A DNA stretch of 64,000 nucleotides from Mobula hypostoma. Lineage: Eukaryota. Made by a program: the position numbers and the translations under genes. Location: NCBI RefSeq assembly GCF_963921235.1, contig NC_086107.1:110052001-110116000 (forward strand), given 5' to 3'. The notes beneath the pieces are model-generated. The model had not been told where the DNA came from. It searched no databases and was given only the letters and a program-made list of their open reading frames with translations. Positions 24,416 through 37,743 of this stretch are shown here, piece after piece. Position 1 is the first letter of the stretch, and each line of letters opens with the position of its first letter.

Positions 24416-25165
24416 TCTATCTAAAGTATCTATCCCAGGTGGTATGCTAGCCAGTGGTGTAGTGGCATCAGCACCGGACTTTGAGGCTAGTGATCCCAGC
24501 TTCAGATCCGGCTGGCTCCTTGCACGCTTTCCATCCATGCTGGGTTGAGCGTTGAGCTAACAACTCGGCCTCCTAACAAACAGACAGATGCTAAAAGAAA
24601 CGGCAAGGTTGCCGCCTGATGCACTACAAGGCGTGGAAAGGAATAAACACAAATATTGTGCAGTCACGGGGAGAACATACAGAGACCTTACAGACAGCTG
24701 CGGAAACTGAACCTGGGTTTCTGGCGCTGTAATGTCATTATACTAGCTGTTACTCTACTGTGCCGAAGCTGGGTCCTAATCTGAAATGTCGACCATCCCT
24801 TTGCATCCTGAGATGCTACCTGACCCACCGAGTCACTGAAGCAGTTGGTTTTGTATAAAGGTCAGTGAATATCACGGTCAGATCAAGTTGGAGGGTGTGA
24901 GAATGAGTCTGAGTGAGACAGAAACACCATCATGGGGCAGTTTGAGTGGCACTGGCTTTGATTTATGTACCAAGATACAGTGAAAAGCTGGTCTTGCATC
25001 CTGTTCGTACAGTTCAGAACCTTGTGTTCCCAAATTTACCAACTCCTTCAGAATCCAAAGGACCTCTTCAAAAGAGACCCTACTGGAGAAAAGATGTGGG
25101 CAGGGGTACAGACCCTGCTGCTTGTTCCTGATTTCAGAGCTAATGAGTCTTGTTTGCCTTCACAG

Positions 25166-25263
25166 AGGAATACAGGAAAACCAGAGCAGCCGATCATACA
25201 GAGGCAAACCTCCAGTACATGCTTGGTTCCCAATTCCTGACCGAGAGCAGTGTCACTGAGAAG
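25166..25263 (+). CDS. RPS19BP1: RPS19BP1 coding exon 3 of 4
   Basis: Acceptor TTTGCCTTCACAG|. Reads (E)EYRKTRAADHTEANLQYMLGSQFLTESSVTEK (AROS EYRK...DH..NL). Donor AAG|GTATGT. Confidence 0.9.
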
Positions 25264-25585
25264 GTATGTATCTTTCCCACACAGAAGGGAAACCCTGAAC
25301 TTGTTAGTCGACTATTGGAAATTGAATCTCTGTTAGATAAGACAGAAAAAAGGACTGAAATCATAATGTCTTAATGAAACGCGGAGTATAAGTTCCATGC
25401 CTTGCAGCAGTAGCATAGCACATTTCAAGCATAAGTTATGTAAACTTAAATAATATAAGTTATACAATACTGTGCAAAAGTCCTAGGCACATATATATAG
25501 CTAGGGTACCTAAGACTTTAGCACAGTTCTGTATTTGTCAACATGTAGTAGAGAGCCAGTTTGTAAATCTGGCGGGAGCAAAGGA

Positions 25586-26150
25586 TGAATGAATGAATGA
25601 AATTTATTTCTGTCAGTACAAACATAACAAAAAGCATCATTTTCTACAATGATTTCATAGGACAAAATTACAACAAAAAAACATAGATATTCTTTAAAAC
25701 AGACTGAAAGGGTGTAGGCTGAAGCTACAGCTTATTACGCCTACCCCTCTTACTTACACAACAGCATATCTGGTGACAATCGTCACATCAAAACAAAAGA
25801 TTTCATAATCTTTTAACAGAAAATCCAATTCCAAGTATCATTTATGTACATTACTCCCATTCATTTTAAATCATGTATTTTATATTTGTTCATTAAATTA
25901 TTTTTAAATAATTTTTTAAACTTGTTAAGTGTGGTGCATGTTTTTAAATTCTCACTACAACTGTTCCATAGATTCACCCATCTGACTGAAATACAATGAA
26001 CTTTTACATTTGTTCTTATCCTTTGTTTTTGAAATATACATGTTCCTCTCAAGTCATGTTGACTTTCTCTCATTTTAAACAACCTTTGGATACTTTGTGG
26101 TAGCTGTCCATTTTTTACTTTATACATAATTTGTATTATTTTAAAATCTA
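25586..26150 (-). mobile_element. AT-rich LINE 3' end (L2/Crack/Daphne-like) with (CATT)n tail
   Basis: ORF KIIQIMYKVKNGQLP...HDLRG...CISVRWVNLWNS...FKKLFK; AATAAA plus (CATT)n tail at 25586-25600. Confidence 0.65.
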
Positions 26151-26318
26151 CGAAATCTGTTGGGAATGGCGAGTGTGGGAGTAGGACTACCGGGAGTGGT
26201 GCAGACACATCGTTACAGAATGCCTCTCTGGTGCTTCCCACTCCCTCCCCCTTTTTCCAACCATGATTCCCCTCTCCCTGCCCCTTTTCACTCTCAGTCC
26301 ACAATAGGGACCCACATT

Positions 26319-28527
26319 GACGGGTTGCACTTGAGTCCTAGGGGGACTAGTGTCCTGGCGGGGAGATTTGCGAAGACTACTGGGGAGACTTTAAACTAGA
26401 ATGGTTGGAGGGGTGGGAATCAAATTGAAGAGACTAGGAGAGAGGAGGTTAGTTCACAAATAGAGAAAGCTAGTAGACATTGTGTGAGGCCAGGGACAGA
26501 GAACGGGAGCAGTCAAAACAAAGATGTAGGGGAGAAGGAAGAAAAACTTAACAAAGTTGTTTGCACCATTAGGGATATACAGAGAGTAAGAGGTGGAGAG
26601 TTTCTTAAACGCATCTATTTTAACGCTAGGAGCATTGTAAGGAAGGTGGATGAGCTTAGAGCACGGATTGATACCTGGAAATATGATGTTGTAGCTATTA
26701 GTGAAACATGGATGCAGGAGGGGTGCGATTGGCAACTAAATATTCCTGGATTTCGTTGCTTCAGGTGTGATAGAATCGGAGGGACAAGAGGGGGAGGCGT
26801 TGCATTGCTTGTCAGAGAAAATATTACAGCGGTGCTTTGGCAGGATAGATTAGAGGACTCGTCTAGGGAGCATATTTGGGTGGAATCGAGGAATGGGAAA
26901 GGTGTAGTAACGCTTATAGGGGTGTATTATAGACCACCTAATGGGGAGCGAGAATTGGAGGAGCAAATTTGTAAGGAGATAGCAGATATTTGTAGTAAGC
27001 ACAAGGTTGTGATTGTGGGAGATTCTAATTTTCCACACATAGACTGGGAAACCCATTCTGTAAAAGGGCTGGATGGTTTGGAGTTTGTAAAATGTGTGCA
27101 AGATGTTTTTTTGCAGCAATCATAGAGGTATCAACTAGAGAAGGGGCAGTGTTGGATCTCCTGTTAGGGAATGAGATAGGGCAGGTGACGGAGGTATGTG
27201 TTGGGGAGCACTTCGGGTCCAGTGATCACAGTGCCATTAGTTTCAATATAATTATGGAGAAGGATAGGACTGGACCCAGGGTTGAGATTTTTGATCGGAG
27301 AAAGGCTAACTTTGAGGAGATGCGAAAGGATTTAGAAGGAGTGGATTGGGACAATTTGTTTTATGGGAAGGATGTAATAGTGAAATGGAAGTCATTTAAA
27401 GGTGAAATTTTGAGAGTACAGAATCTTTATGTTCCTGTTAGCTTGAAAGGAAAGTTTAAAAGTTTGATGGAGCCATGGTTTTCAAGGGATATTGGAAACT
27501 TGGTTCGGAAAAAGAGAGAGATCGACAATATAATGGGTCCAATGTCGTTTGTCATATACATTAATGATCTGGATGATGGGGTGGTAAATTGGATTGGTAA
27601 GTATGCAGATGATACTAAGATAGGTGGAGTTGTGGATAATGAAGTAGGTTTTCAAAGCTTGCAGAGAGATTTAGGCCGGTTAGAAGAGTGGGCTGAAAGA
27701 TGGCAGATGGAGTTTAATGCTGATAAATGTGAGGTGCTACATTTTGGTAGGATTAATCAAAATAGGACATACATGGTAAATGGTAGGGCATTGAAGAATG
27801 CAGTAGAACAGAGGGATCTAGGAATAATGGTGCACAGTTCCCTGAAGGTGGAATCTCGTGGATAGGGTGGTGAAGAAAGCTTTTGGTTTGCTGCCCTTTA
27901 TTAATCAGAGCATTGAGTATAGGAGTTGGGATGTAATGTTGAAATTGTACAAGGCATTGGTAAGGCCAAATTTGGAGTATTGTGTACAGTTCTGGTCACC
28001 AAGTTATAGGAAAGATGTCAACAAAATTGAGAGAATACAGAGAAGATTTACTAGAATGTTACCTGGGTTTCATCTCCTAAGTTACAGAGAAAGGTTGAAC
28101 AAGTTGGGTCTTTATTCTTTGGAGAGTAGAAGGTTGAGGGGGGACTTGATAGAGGTATTTAAAATTATGAGGGGGATAAATAGAGTTGACGTGGATAGGC
28201 TTTTTCCATTGAGAGTGGGGGAGATTCAAACAAGAGGACATGAGTTGAGAGTTAAAGGGCAAAAGTTTAGGGGTAACATGAGGGGGAACTTCTTTACTCA
28301 GAGAGTGGTAGCTGTGTGGAACGAGCTTCCAGCAGAAGTGATTGCGGCAGGTTCAATGTTGTCATTTAAAGTTAAATTGGACAGATATATGGACAGGAAA
28401 GAAATGGAGGGTTATGGGCTAAATGCAGGTCGGTGGGACTAGGTGAGAGTAAGAATTTGGCACGGACTAGAAGGGTGGAGATGGCCTGTTTCTGTGCTGT
28501 AATTGTTATATGATTATATGGTTATAT
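26319..28527 (+). mobile_element. CR1 LINE with large internal deletion (ORF1 tail, endonuclease, RT C-terminus)
   Basis: DGLHLSPRG (ORF1); NARSIVRK, ISETW, SDH (APE); jump near 27530 to GPMSFVIYINDL/YADD; (GTTATATG)n tail. Confidence 0.9.
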
Positions 28528-29274
28528 CATTAGTGCAAGTTGAGAGAATCAAGATGTATTAAAACATTATTTTTTGGCATAGAGTAAGGCAGTTCTTCCT
28601 GCATCATGGATATTTTTACATCAAACTAAAAATCAGCTAAACTCGTTGTTTGATCATTGTCACACTGCTGTTTGTGAGAACTTGCTAAACTAATGTGACA
28701 TTACAACGGTGACTGCACCTCACTTGTGCCACATGGAGTCCTCAGATTGTAACGTTTGACGTAAGCTCAGCAACTTACCTTTTTCATCTGCTCCTCGGGG
28801 CTCAGGATGCAGCTTTGTGATCTGACTCCACAGAGAATGTCAGCGCACAGTTGCAGTATTCACAGCCCAGTCGTGCTAGCTCAGTGTTTGATCATGTCTC
28901 TACCACGCTATGCCCTTGGCAATTTCTCAAGCTTAAGAAATTTGTGCATGTGTTGTCATGCATACTAGTGAGTTATTTCTATATATAAAAATATCTGAGT
29001 CATATGCATTCCTGTGCCAAATGTAGCAACAAGAAAAGTACATGGATTACTTTTTCATTAAACTGCACCCTCTCCAAGACCAGTGAGGAGTGGGGCTGAT
29101 CCACATTCCTCATGTTTGAAATTTCCTCTGCCGATATAGTTCAGAAATTCTGTGCATGGTGGTAGAAAAATATAATTCTGTTGTTTCTGTCCACCGTCCC
29201 AGCTGGCAGGAAGTGTTAATGTCAATAATATCTCTGTGTAAAATTATAACGCTGAGGGCTTTTTGTTACCATAG

Positions 29275-29409
29275 GTGGAGACATACAATCGAGGAAGGAA
29301 AGCAAAGGATCGTCCAAAGGAAAAGAAGGTGAAGAAAAAAGAAGAAACAAGTATATTCTCAGAGAACGATTTTGCGAAGTTCCAAAGAGAGTATTTCGGG
29401 ACAATCTAG
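29275..29409 (+). CDS. RPS19BP1: RPS19BP1 coding exon 4 of 4 (total CDS 444 nt, 147 aa)
   Basis: Acceptor TTTTGTTACCATAG|. Reads VETYNRGRKAKDRPKEKKVKKKEETSIFSENDFAKFQREYFGTI* (AROS NRGRKA.DRP and F.E.DF.KFQ.EYFG). ATTAAA at 29432-29437. Confidence 0.93.
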   Translation: METYNRGRKAKDRPKEKKVKKKEETSIFSENDFAKFQREYFGTI

Positions 29410-31419
29410 ACTGGACAACAGGTTTGGTTTTATTAAATTGTAAGAAGACGTGGCTGCTTCACTTAGCCGGTGAGGAGGGATCAGATCATCAGTGCGTCAC
29501 CTACCCCCCCAACCTGCTGGGACTGGGAATGATGGATAGAGCCAAAAGAAAAATCCTGCATCCAAAACAAAATGCTGGAAATTCTCAGCAAGTCAGGCAG
29601 CGTCTCTGGAGAGAAATAAATTTAATGCTTGAGACTAGTGATCCTACATCAGAACAGAAACCTGAAATGTCCACTCACCAAGATGCTGTTTGTGTGTCTT
29701 ACCTTTTCTGTTTTGTCCCGATACAGTTTTGTGTGTGTGTGTGTTTGTGTGGTGAGAACAGAATGAAGGTATAACCCCAGGAATCAAGACGCGACTGCTT
29801 CATCTGTCATTGTCCAGTATTTTCAGTTTTAACACTGGAATAGTTGTGTCAATGAATCACCATTGTTTGGTAGTTAGGCTGTTGTCAGATTACATAAAAT
29901 TACGCCAGAAGTAAATTGCAGAATGTGTTAGTGAAGTAATGTGTTTAGCTTTGCGCTCAACACTTTAAGATATTGCAGGCCATGGTGAGCAAGTTCAAGC
30001 TTATTGTCGTTCAACCATATATGTGTATACCAACAAATGAAACAATGTTCCTCTGGACCAATGTGCACAACACAATACATATGACAGAGTGATGTTACTA
30101 CAAACAAATTAACAAATAATAAAATATATTCCAAAAGATTGACATTTAGCATAATGTGCATAACAGTATAGTACTACTGGTGTTTCATACACGACAAGAC
30201 CTGGGTGGTGGCATTGAGTTCAGCCTCGGAGAAGCAGTTGTTTCCCGCCCTAACATTTCTTGTCTTAATGCCACGACAGTGCCCCTCTGGTGAAAGGGCT
30301 TGTGCCCATTCTGGGGCAGCTTGCTCGTTCTTGGTGGTCAGCGGACGCTCGGCTCTCACCTGTGGCTCCAAGTAGCTGTTTGCACACAGCAGCAGTCACA
30401 CCCTGCTGCACTGCTTTGACAGACGGGCTAAGCTCGGTGAGAGTGGCTGGCAGGCCTCATACCCTGGTCAGGTAAGGGTGTGCCTGTCCTAGCATGCGAA
30501 GCTACTCTGGTGGACTGGGTAGATGAGATCTGTAGTGAGATCCAGTGGCCAGGAAGGGGGCTCCATAACACTCCATGGAGAGTAAGGGGCATGACGAGGC
30601 GCGGAAGAACTCATGGTCATCCACTGCAAACAAAGAAGACATCAGTTGTGATGCTTGTTTGTACCACTGGACCTGGACTTCTGAGTGGAACTATCCCAAT
30701 GCAATAGCTTTTCCACTTTAAAAACCCTGCCGGACAGATTTTCTGTCATGTTCGGACATGATGGACAACCAGTAGATCCCTTAATCCTGTAAAATGACAG
30801 GGATGCATCACAATGTGTTATTCCTGGTGAGGATGGAGTTTCAGTGCAAGACTGAAGTTCCTTCCTTCTCTCAGCCTGCCCAGCCCCACAGACATTAACA
30901 GCCCTTCTGGTACTCAGTAATGTGGAAATAACTGACAAGACTCTGATTTGCATGTACTTCCAGGTATTTAATGTTCTGTCAACATGCAACTCTGCCTGCT
31001 CCACTATTCTTGAATTTCCACCTCAAAATATTTTCAACCTGACTCCATCTGCGAATCAACTCTTGCTTGCTGTTGAATTGTCGTTCAACCATACACGTGT
31101 ATACAGCTAAACGAAACATCAGTCCTGTGGGACAAGTAATTACAATCAAGTACACACAGTAATGTTAGGCTAGACCTGAGATTGACAGGTGCAAGGCGCA
31201 TGTAGGGCAGTATAATGTTACTGGCATCATTATAATAAAACAAGCAGTTGTGTAAATATTTGAAATAGCAGCAATGAACTACTACCAATGCCGGACGAGA
31301 ATGTTGCCCTACTCCCTCTTTTATCACCCCTCTACTCATCCAATCCGGATGAAAGGTCTCAATCCAAAATGTTGATGCTCAGATGCTGCCTGACTCACTG
31401 AATTCGATCTTGCTCCAGA

Positions 31420-32180
31420 TTGAGTTCAAGAGCCATGAGGTAATGTTGCAGCTCTATTAAAACTCTGGTCGGACCACACTTGGAATATTGGCTCAGTTCT
31501 GGTCATCCCACTATAGGAAAGATATGGAAGCTTCAGAGAGGGTGCAGAGGAGATTTACCAGGATGCTCCCTGGATCAGAGAGTGTGTATTATGAGGATAG
31601 GTTGAGCAAGCTTGGGCTTCTCTCTGGAGCAAAGGAGGATGAGAGGTAGGATGATAAGAGGCATAATCATCAAAGACTTTTTTTTTCCAGGGTAGAAATG
31701 GCTAATACAAGTGGGCATAATTATAAGGCGATTGGAAGAAAGTATAGTGGGGGTGGGGGGTATCAGAGGTAGGCTTTGTACACAGAACAGAATTCCCTGT
31801 CAGGGATGGTAGTAGAGGAAGGTCTGTGAAAGTTATTAGAAGTGTACATAGCTGGGATTGCTAAATTCTTGATTAGTAAGGGCATCAAAGGTTAGGGAGA
31901 GAAGGCAGGAGAATGGGGTTGAGACTGATCAGTTTGTCAGCCATGATGGTGTAGCAGAGCCAAGTCAAAGGGCCGAAAGGCCTAATTCTGCTCCTATGTC
32001 TTAAGGCCTCAGAGGCAAATACATTAAGGACATTTAAGAAACTCTTAGATAGGTACATGGATGAAAAGAAAAATTGGAGGGTGAGATGGGTGAGCGGGAC
32101 TATTGATTTTACAACAGGGTAAAAGGACGGCACAATATGGTGGACTGAATGGTCTGTACAATCTCATACTGTTTGATACT
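31420..32180 (+). mobile_element. Degraded CR1 3' fragments
   Basis: CR1 RT C-terminal nucleotide motifs (CCACACTTGGAATATTG, GAGAGGGTGCAGAGGAGATTTACCAGGATG) with frameshifts. Confidence 0.65.
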
Positions 32181-33924
32181 CTATGTCCCCATTCCCCTGT
32201 GCTGACCATAGTTTTCTCAACACACACATTTGCCACTGCTAGACCTTTCTTTGTACATCTTTTGCATTTATGTTTCTTGATCGATTGTTTGATCGCCCTT
32301 TACCAAATTCAAAAATGTTCCTAGTTCATTATAACAGGCAGATCTCAAAAGGTCTTTGATCGCTGAGGATTAGAGGTTTGTAGGGCTGCCAAGCCCATGC
32401 AATAAATTGATAAGTTTTACATAAAAGTCATTGCACAATCAGGAACCAACATGCTGTGAGTGAATGCAGATATGGTGGCTCAATCAGTGGGAGTGTGCTG
32501 GAATGTCAAGCCTAACTGGCTGGCAGCCAAAACCAGCCTTATACTGGTTAACAGCAGTGACCAGATTAACTGACTTCACCTGGTAAATTCCTGGGCTGGG
32601 TGGACCGCATCTTGTGACCCTCTGTAAACTGGAATGGAATCTTTTACCTTCCCTTCTAGGCAGAACGCGTGTTGTTTACAGTAACTTCTCAAGGACACCT
32701 AAACACTGCAGTAAAGTGTTCTGAAGAGTGGCTGAGGAAAGGAGAAGATTTGTGTTACATCAAAACAGACAGTGAAATGTGTCATTGACCAACACAGTTT
32801 GAGGATGTGCTAGGGGCAGTCCATAAATATCACTGTGCTTCTGGTGCCAACATAGCATACCTGCAGCTTACCTACTCAGTACTGTGCCACGGTTCAAAAA
32901 GGAGGCTCACCACCACCATCTTATCAAAGGAGGCCATGAAAGGTATCAAATATTTAACACCCCCCCCCCCAAGGTAATCTACATTGTGAGAAAGGTATAA
33001 AAAAAGCATCTTCAAATCCCATCTGAAATAAGTTATTGAAACCACATATGAGTTAGTTTGAGCACTTAATTCCACATTTCTGAAATGAAAACTTAATTTC
33101 TTGTTTCTCTAGGCAGCAAAACTAAACATTCCGTAAGTGAAGTCCGTTGCTACTTCCTTATTTCAGAAAATCATGCTTTTTCTGTTCTCTCAGGGCAGCT
33201 GTCCTCAGGGTCAGAGGTTCGTTGTCAAGACTGTGGGACAAGGGACCTTACTTTCTACTAGCCGCCTCTCGAAGCAAAGTGTCACTAAGTATATCCATTA
33301 CACCACAAAGAGGCTAGAGAAAACGATGATCGCCATGTAGTTTTGGGGTCATAGGTTCAGAGAGAGAGAGAGAGATAACATGGAAACAGGCCTTTCAGCC
33401 CATTAACTCCACACAGCCCATCAACCACCCATTTTACATTAATCTTATTTTCTTCCATTCCACCTCTCACCAACAATGGGTTAGATCATCTACTCCTCCT
33501 GGGGGCAATTTACAGTGGAAGCAGAGGGCATGGTCTCAGAATTTAGGGGGTACCCATTTAAAACTGAAGTAAGGAATAACTAAAGAGATTTGTGAGTTTG
33601 AAGAGCACCTTGTCACGCACAGCTGTAGGGACGATCCTTGGGTACATTTTTGGATGAAATAGATTTGATTCCCAATCAGTAAGGGAATCAGGAGTAATGG
33701 GGAAGAGGACAGGAAAATGGACTTGTGGAATGGCGTATAGCCATAATCCCATTGAATGGCAGAATAGACAATGGGTTAGATCATCTACTCCTCCTAATCC
33801 TGCTTCTTTGTATAATTTGGTCATAGAATAATTGGGAAACAGGCCATTTGGCCCATCGATATTAACCCCACCTTCCTGCACTTGGTCCTTGGCCATATAT
33901 GCATTCAAGTGATCATCTAGACAC

Positions 33925-34120
33925 AAAATTCTCCGCAGATGCTGGGGTCAAAGCAACACTCACAACACGCTGGAGGAACTCAGCAGGTTGGGCAGCATCC
34001 GTGGAAACGATCAGTCAATGTTTCGGGCCGGAACCCTTCGTCAGGACTGAAGAGGGAAAGGGCAGAGGCCCTATAAAGAGGGTGGGAAGGAGAAGGCTGG
34101 TAGGTTCCAGGTGAAAAATC
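33925..34120 (-). mobile_element. Older Penelope terminal-repeat copy with hammerhead-like motif at 34013-34048
   Basis: Reverse complement AGTCCTGACGAAGGGTTCCGGCCCGAAACATTGACT followed by GATGCTGCCCAACCTGCTGAGTTCCTCCAGC. Confidence 0.65.
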
Positions 34121-37100
34121 AGTAAGCATCTCTCCAGCATTTTCCAGGAGGTACTCGCCATTCCCTGAGTGAGAAAAATCCCACTCAGTTCTCTTACTCC
34201 TGACCCTATGATCTTATGGAGTTTGTCCTAGAGTACAGATTCTTGAACCATGCTGGTAGGGGGAGCTTTTTTCTGCAGAATAAGCAGCGTCTTCACCAGA
34301 ACTGGGCCCTCCTACTAAGAAATGAACTTATCACAAACATTCCAAAAGCGTAATAGAAAATTCCCAGAACAAATAGTATTTGATTCATTGTCCCTCTGGA
34401 TTTCCCCATCTGTGTCACACAAGAACGTCAGAATAAGAGCAAGAGTAGACTACTTGGGCCCTCAAACCTGTCCCGCCATTCAATATGATCATGGCTGATC
34501 TACACTGGCCTCAACCAGCCTATACAAGTACCCCAAACTTTGAAATATTTATCTAAATCCTGACATATATCTAATAATGTGGTCCCACCACCCGGGTGGC
34601 AGAAATTCCACTGAATTAATCACCCTCTGAGAGAATAAATTTTGAAGCATTCCTGGCTAAGCGACTGGAAAGTTACACAATACCATGACATTTACAAAAA
34701 CACGTGGCACTGTCCAACCGAAGTAAAGGGTAAGTTTTTTAAAAAGACACCAGACTTTAACAGCTGTTAAAAATTCTTAAAATTTATTTCTCCTTCTCCA
34801 AATTTGTCTGGATTCAATAAATCTTTTGATAGTCTCCCTTGAATAACAGGCACCCAGATTCAGTCCCAGTAGTGATTCAAGGTCATCCCATTCCCCTACA
34901 AAAAAAAAGCACTTATTTTATTTCACCTCTATAGAATGCCAGTGATGCGGAAATTATCTGAGAAGGGGGTAAAGGGTATTGTGAAAAAATCCTTATCCAA
35001 ACACCATGTAAGGTTTGACTGTTGTGAATGTGCCCCTTTCTAACTCACTGCAATCTATCCAGACCTTCCAGTAACAGGAGATTGGAGCTGCAGATACAGC
35101 TATCACAACCCTGCTCTCTGAACTCATCTGAATTTGCGTTGTTTCCCACCCAACAGGAGAGACACGTTCATTCAAATCCCACGGCAACTTCAGAATCTGC
35201 CAGACATCTGCAGGGAAAATGCAGCTTGCTGAACTATAGTTAGAGCAATAATGTAAGATGATTAACTTCAAAGAAGGGAAGTTGTGATGCCATTGTAGGG
35301 AGAATAGGTCCTTAATCATGCAATATAACATTGCAGGGTCCCTTAATTCCCTCTGACAGTTTGATGAGGATCTCACCTCAGTGGAAATTGATATTCCTAC
35401 AATGCTCCTGTCGTCTGGATTTTTGAGCTAGAGTCTCAGACTGTGGATCATGATTCACAAAGGAGGGTGCTCTCTCAGAACAACAACTGACTTGCTCGGC
35501 CACCACTGTAAAAAGAAGTTACTCTCAGCATTCTGACCCTCCTATAAAGCACAGGGGACATTATTTGGCTCAGAGTATGAATGCTAGTATTGCTTTGCCA
35601 GAGGTTTTGGGAAGTGGCCAAGAGCAGGGTATCAGCTGAGCTGTCACTGCATCTGTTCAGATCTCAGCAGCTATATCCCAACTGCCTCAAACGACTGAGG
35701 ATTGTGTGACCTTGGCGTAAGGGTGCAGAACTTTTTTTCTAAGTATTTGTGGTCTACTGAGCAACCGCAGTTTCTCATTTCTGTACATCTACTGCAGATG
35801 TAAATGGAGAACATAACCCTTTTAAGCAACTGTTCTTGCCTTTTATAGACTTCATGTCATTACCTCCTTCCCCCTCTCCAGACACACTTCTGCTTAAAAT
35901 ACTTGACTCTGCAGTACAATAGTAACTTACATTTATGTGGCATCATGAAAGCAAAGGCATCTTGGACACCACGGGAGTGGTGTTGAGCCATGTTGAAGAA
36001 TTAAGATGAGTGACCCAGGGTTAGGTCTGGGGTTACTCGAGGCAAGTTTTTCCAATTCCAACTGAGTTGAGCTTTGCACTTGTATATCAAAATATTCAGT
36101 GAAGTGTGTCGTTTATTGCATCAGATCAAACTGTGCTGGGGGCAGACAGCAAGTGTTGCCACTCTTCCAATGTCAACATAACATGCCCCATAACTTACAA
36201 ACCCTAAAGTGTGCATCTTTGAAAGGTGGGATGAAACCCACGTGGTCACTGAGAGAATGTAGAAACTGCTCACATAAAGTGGCGACCAACACAGGCCTCG
36301 CCAAACTAAGGATGCTGACCCGCATTGAGCACCCACTCCTGGCCATAATTCTTCATTTACTGCCCCTGGGAACTCTCCCATATCCATCCTTAAACCCCAC
36401 AAATTTTCACTGAGCCTAACTACTAAATCCCAGCCACATTGCATTAGCCCTGATGTAGTTTCCACCCACCAATGCTGTACAACCTGCTAGTTCTCCCAGC
36501 ATTCCAACAGTAGTTCACATGAGTTTAAGAATGAAGGCAGTCACCAGTGTGAGCCACAGATTAGAGACATCGCATTTTACACTTTTCTAGCTTTGGTGAC
36601 AAATAACGACTAGGAAGTGAAACTCAAAGTCCTCAGAATATTGCCAAGGGATCCTTCAGAGAACACAAGTCTTAGTTCAACATCTCATTTGAAACAGTGC
36701 AATCCAAGATTGCCACACCATTTCACCCAATAATTTCTGCAATGAAACTTAAAATCTCCCAATATATTATTCAAGGGTCTAAGTGGTTTCTATGTGGACC
36801 TGATGGCAAAGCAGGCTCCCCCTTCCAAGGGCACTATCCAATAGATCTGTTGGGCACCTGAATAGTACACAAAGATATACATTACAGGCTAACCACCTCC
36901 AAACATCTTTAGCAATTTCTCTATTGTCTGAATGCAATTACTTCCCAGCTAGTCAGACTCATAACTTATGGACTCAATGTAAATGGCTTGGACAAACATG
37001 GATGAATCATACATGAAACAAAATTAAAGTGAAATCTCATTATTCCACCTTCACAAGCTTCTGCATTCCTGTCTCCCCTGACAGCACTGTTAATGCCTTC

Positions 37101-37681
37101 AGCTAACAGTGTTGTTGACTTCAATACAGGCTTTTATATATTCCACTTCCATCTCAAATCTCTGCACAGCAAGCTATTCAGATGCTGTGCTCAATAGATC
37201 AGATCTCCACTGAAAATTCAAGATTAAATTGCTTCAATGCCTTATACATTTCTGCAGAGGCTCTATCCCAGATGGTGCTTGGGTTCATCCTCAACAAGCA
37301 GTCAGCCATATAACTATAGTTTGTGAGAGCTAGATTACCACCTGCCAGAAAGCATCTCAACAGCCAGCAATAATTTTATGGCTAACCCAGGGTTAAGGAA
37401 ATATTCAACAGCTCCTTTGGAGCCTTCAGTAGTGGTCAGAACATCAATACATTTTCCAATTCTTATTTGCTGGTGCTACCTGCTTTGCTGAATATTTACA
37501 ACTGCAGGGCTGCCAGAATTAATTGACATGGTCAGGCAGGAGAGCACGTAGAGCTGCAGCCACAGCTCCAGTATCAACCAGCAGTGGACGGACATTCTTA
37601 CCAGGATTGCATCACATTTCCGGCAGGTTAGATTGCTAGACACAAAATCAAGACAAATTACAAAGCAAACTTGTTCCAAAT

Positions 37682-37687
37682 TTTATT
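37682..37687 (-). terminator. ATF4 polyadenylation signal
   Basis: AATAAA on the minus strand 56 nt after the stop codon, followed by T/GT-rich sequence. Confidence 0.75.
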
Positions 37688-37743
37688 ATAAAATTACAAT
37701 ATTTAGCCAACACTACATGTATGTACAAAACTAAAGCATAGTG

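Noticed and set aside
28770..28880. Minus-strand donor AAG|GTAAGT with a short open frame
   Set aside because: No convincing acceptor, recognisable protein or partner exons.
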